NCBI GenBank assembly: GCA_000002445.1 | Contig: AL929603.2 | Coordinates: forward strand, 640,001 to 704,000 | From: Trypanosoma brucei | Taxonomy: Eukaryota | Direction of reading: 5' to 3' | Length of the DNA: 64,000 bases | Shown here: positions 63,126 to 64,000 of the stretch, piece after piece | Numbering within the stretch: the stretch's first letter is position 1 | Layout of the letters: every line of letters starts with the position of its first letter | The notes under the pieces: generated by a model | Seen by the model: only the letters and a program-made list of their open reading frames with translations | Told to the model about the DNA's origin: nothing | Database searches by the model: none | Program-made: the position numbers and the translations under genes

Positions 63126-64000
63126 ATGACAAGTGACGGAGCTGTTAATATGGACACACTTCCAACACTGGTGAGTGAACTTGCCAGTGTCGCTGCACGA
63201 GCGAATGGCAAGGCACTTGACATGGAGGGTGGTGTTGCCTACATAAATGCGCTTCACAAACTTGAGTCCTTTGCACTTTCCACAGGTGAAGAGGAATGGA
63301 AGCCCACTCCATCCACCACATCTGCTGCGGCCGACATAATGGAACTTGCGTTGCAAAGTGCAGCGCGCGAGCCGCTTTCGTGCGTGCTGCTTCAGGCCTG
63401 GGTTGCTGTGCTCGATGCTCTACTGCAGCGTGCCTCATCAACGATTATTGACCCCCAGCCGCATGCAAAACGCCTATGGGAAAGTGCGCAACGACTGGTG
63501 AAGCTCCGCACAGCGCCAGGGAGCGATGCAGCTTTGGCAAGTGTCCTGACTTTCCTAGGGGTAATTCTACGGCGACGGCAAATACACATCGAGTGTGCTC
63601 CTCGGGGTCAGCTTCCTAGCCCTGCGAGTACTCCGGGAATTTTGTCACGGGTGGCGGCATTACAACTTGTTCCTTTGCTTGCAGCATCAGCTCTGACCTC
63701 CAGTGGTCCAAAGAAGGCCTATATTACGTGGCCATGGTTGGAATACCTTCGCAAGGCGATCACATGTAATGTGCCCGCTGTTTGTGAGACTGGCGTTCGA
63801 GCCATGGGGACGATTCTTCAAACAGGGGCTGAACCTGAGGCGAACTATATAAACGATTTCATTGAATTGCTTTTTTCGCTGGCTGTGAGTGGTAACGCCT
63901 CTGCTGCGCTGGAGAATGAACTTGGATTTTCCATTGGACGGCTGCTTGCCGCCTCACAACGGCCGGGTGGATGGTCTCACTTCGGTTCCTCGATGGCCAA
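63126..64000 (+). CDS. Hypothetical protein, 3'-partial, with an open frame running off the window end (>=291 codons)
   Basis: I read this frame manually, since it is absent from the ORF track. No stop occurs from the ATG at 63126 to position 64000, composition is helical and Ala/Leu-rich, and a strong pyrimidine tract lies upstream. Confidence 0.45.
   Translation, partial: MTSDGAVNMDTLPTLVSELASVAARANGKALDMEGGVAYINALHKLESFALSTGEEEWKPTPSTTSAAADIMELALQSAAREPLSCVLLQAWVAVLDALLQRASSTIIDPQPHAKRLWESAQRLVKLRTAPGSDAALASVLTFLGVILRRRQIHIECAPRGQLPSPASTPGILSRVAALQLVPLLAASALTSSGPKKAYITWPWLEYLRKAITCNVPAVCETGVRAMGTILQTGAEPEANYINDFIELLFSLAVSGNASAALENELGFSIGRLLAASQRPGGWSHFGSSMA

Overview
The window reads as a kinetoplastid nuclear chromosome segment. 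The overall layout resembles what I recall of Trypanosoma brucei chromosome 1, a resemblance recalled from memory and not verified by any search. Supporting signs are intron-less genes packed head-to-tail, polypyrimidine tracts followed by AG upstream of most start codons (trans-splicing signals), an RNA-editing ligase (REL2-type), a PPR protein and a pteridine/folate-biopterin transporter array.

Positions 1-11912 are a tandem array of about 3 units of ~3997 bp. Each unit carries one 652-aa multi-pass transporter gene on the minus strand (folate-biopterin transporter family, the family that includes ESAG10). The copies are ~99% identical with patchy substitutions. Positions 11913 to ~16590 hold no convincing gene and separate the leftward transporter unit from a long rightward polycistron. 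I interpret this as a divergent strand-switch region. It contains an unusual CpG-rich, palindrome-rich island at ~15600-15900.

From 16.6 kb to the window end, about 21 plus-strand ORFs follow. Their recognisable products are:
- a WD-repeat protein
- a mitochondrial PPR protein
- an M20D amidohydrolase
- KREL2
- a TrmA/TRM2-type m5U RNA methyltransferase
- a His/Gln-rich low-complexity protein
- alpha-SNAP
- separase
- a NEK-type kinase
- a CHORD-domain protein
- ribosomal protein S11 (uS17)
- a TPR-less SGT1
- a TBC RabGAP
- a double AAA protein lacking both Walker-B glutamates
- a 1768-aa coiled-coil protein
- a 3'-partial ORF at the window end

I could not identify any prokaryotic-style system, CRISPR array or obvious transposon. 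The observations worth a second look are the transporter array architecture, the strand-switch region with its GC island, the CHORD/SGT1 neighbourhood, the Walker-B-degenerate AAA protein and several homopolymer and microsatellite tracts. Everything here is judged by eye, with no alignments or searches run.
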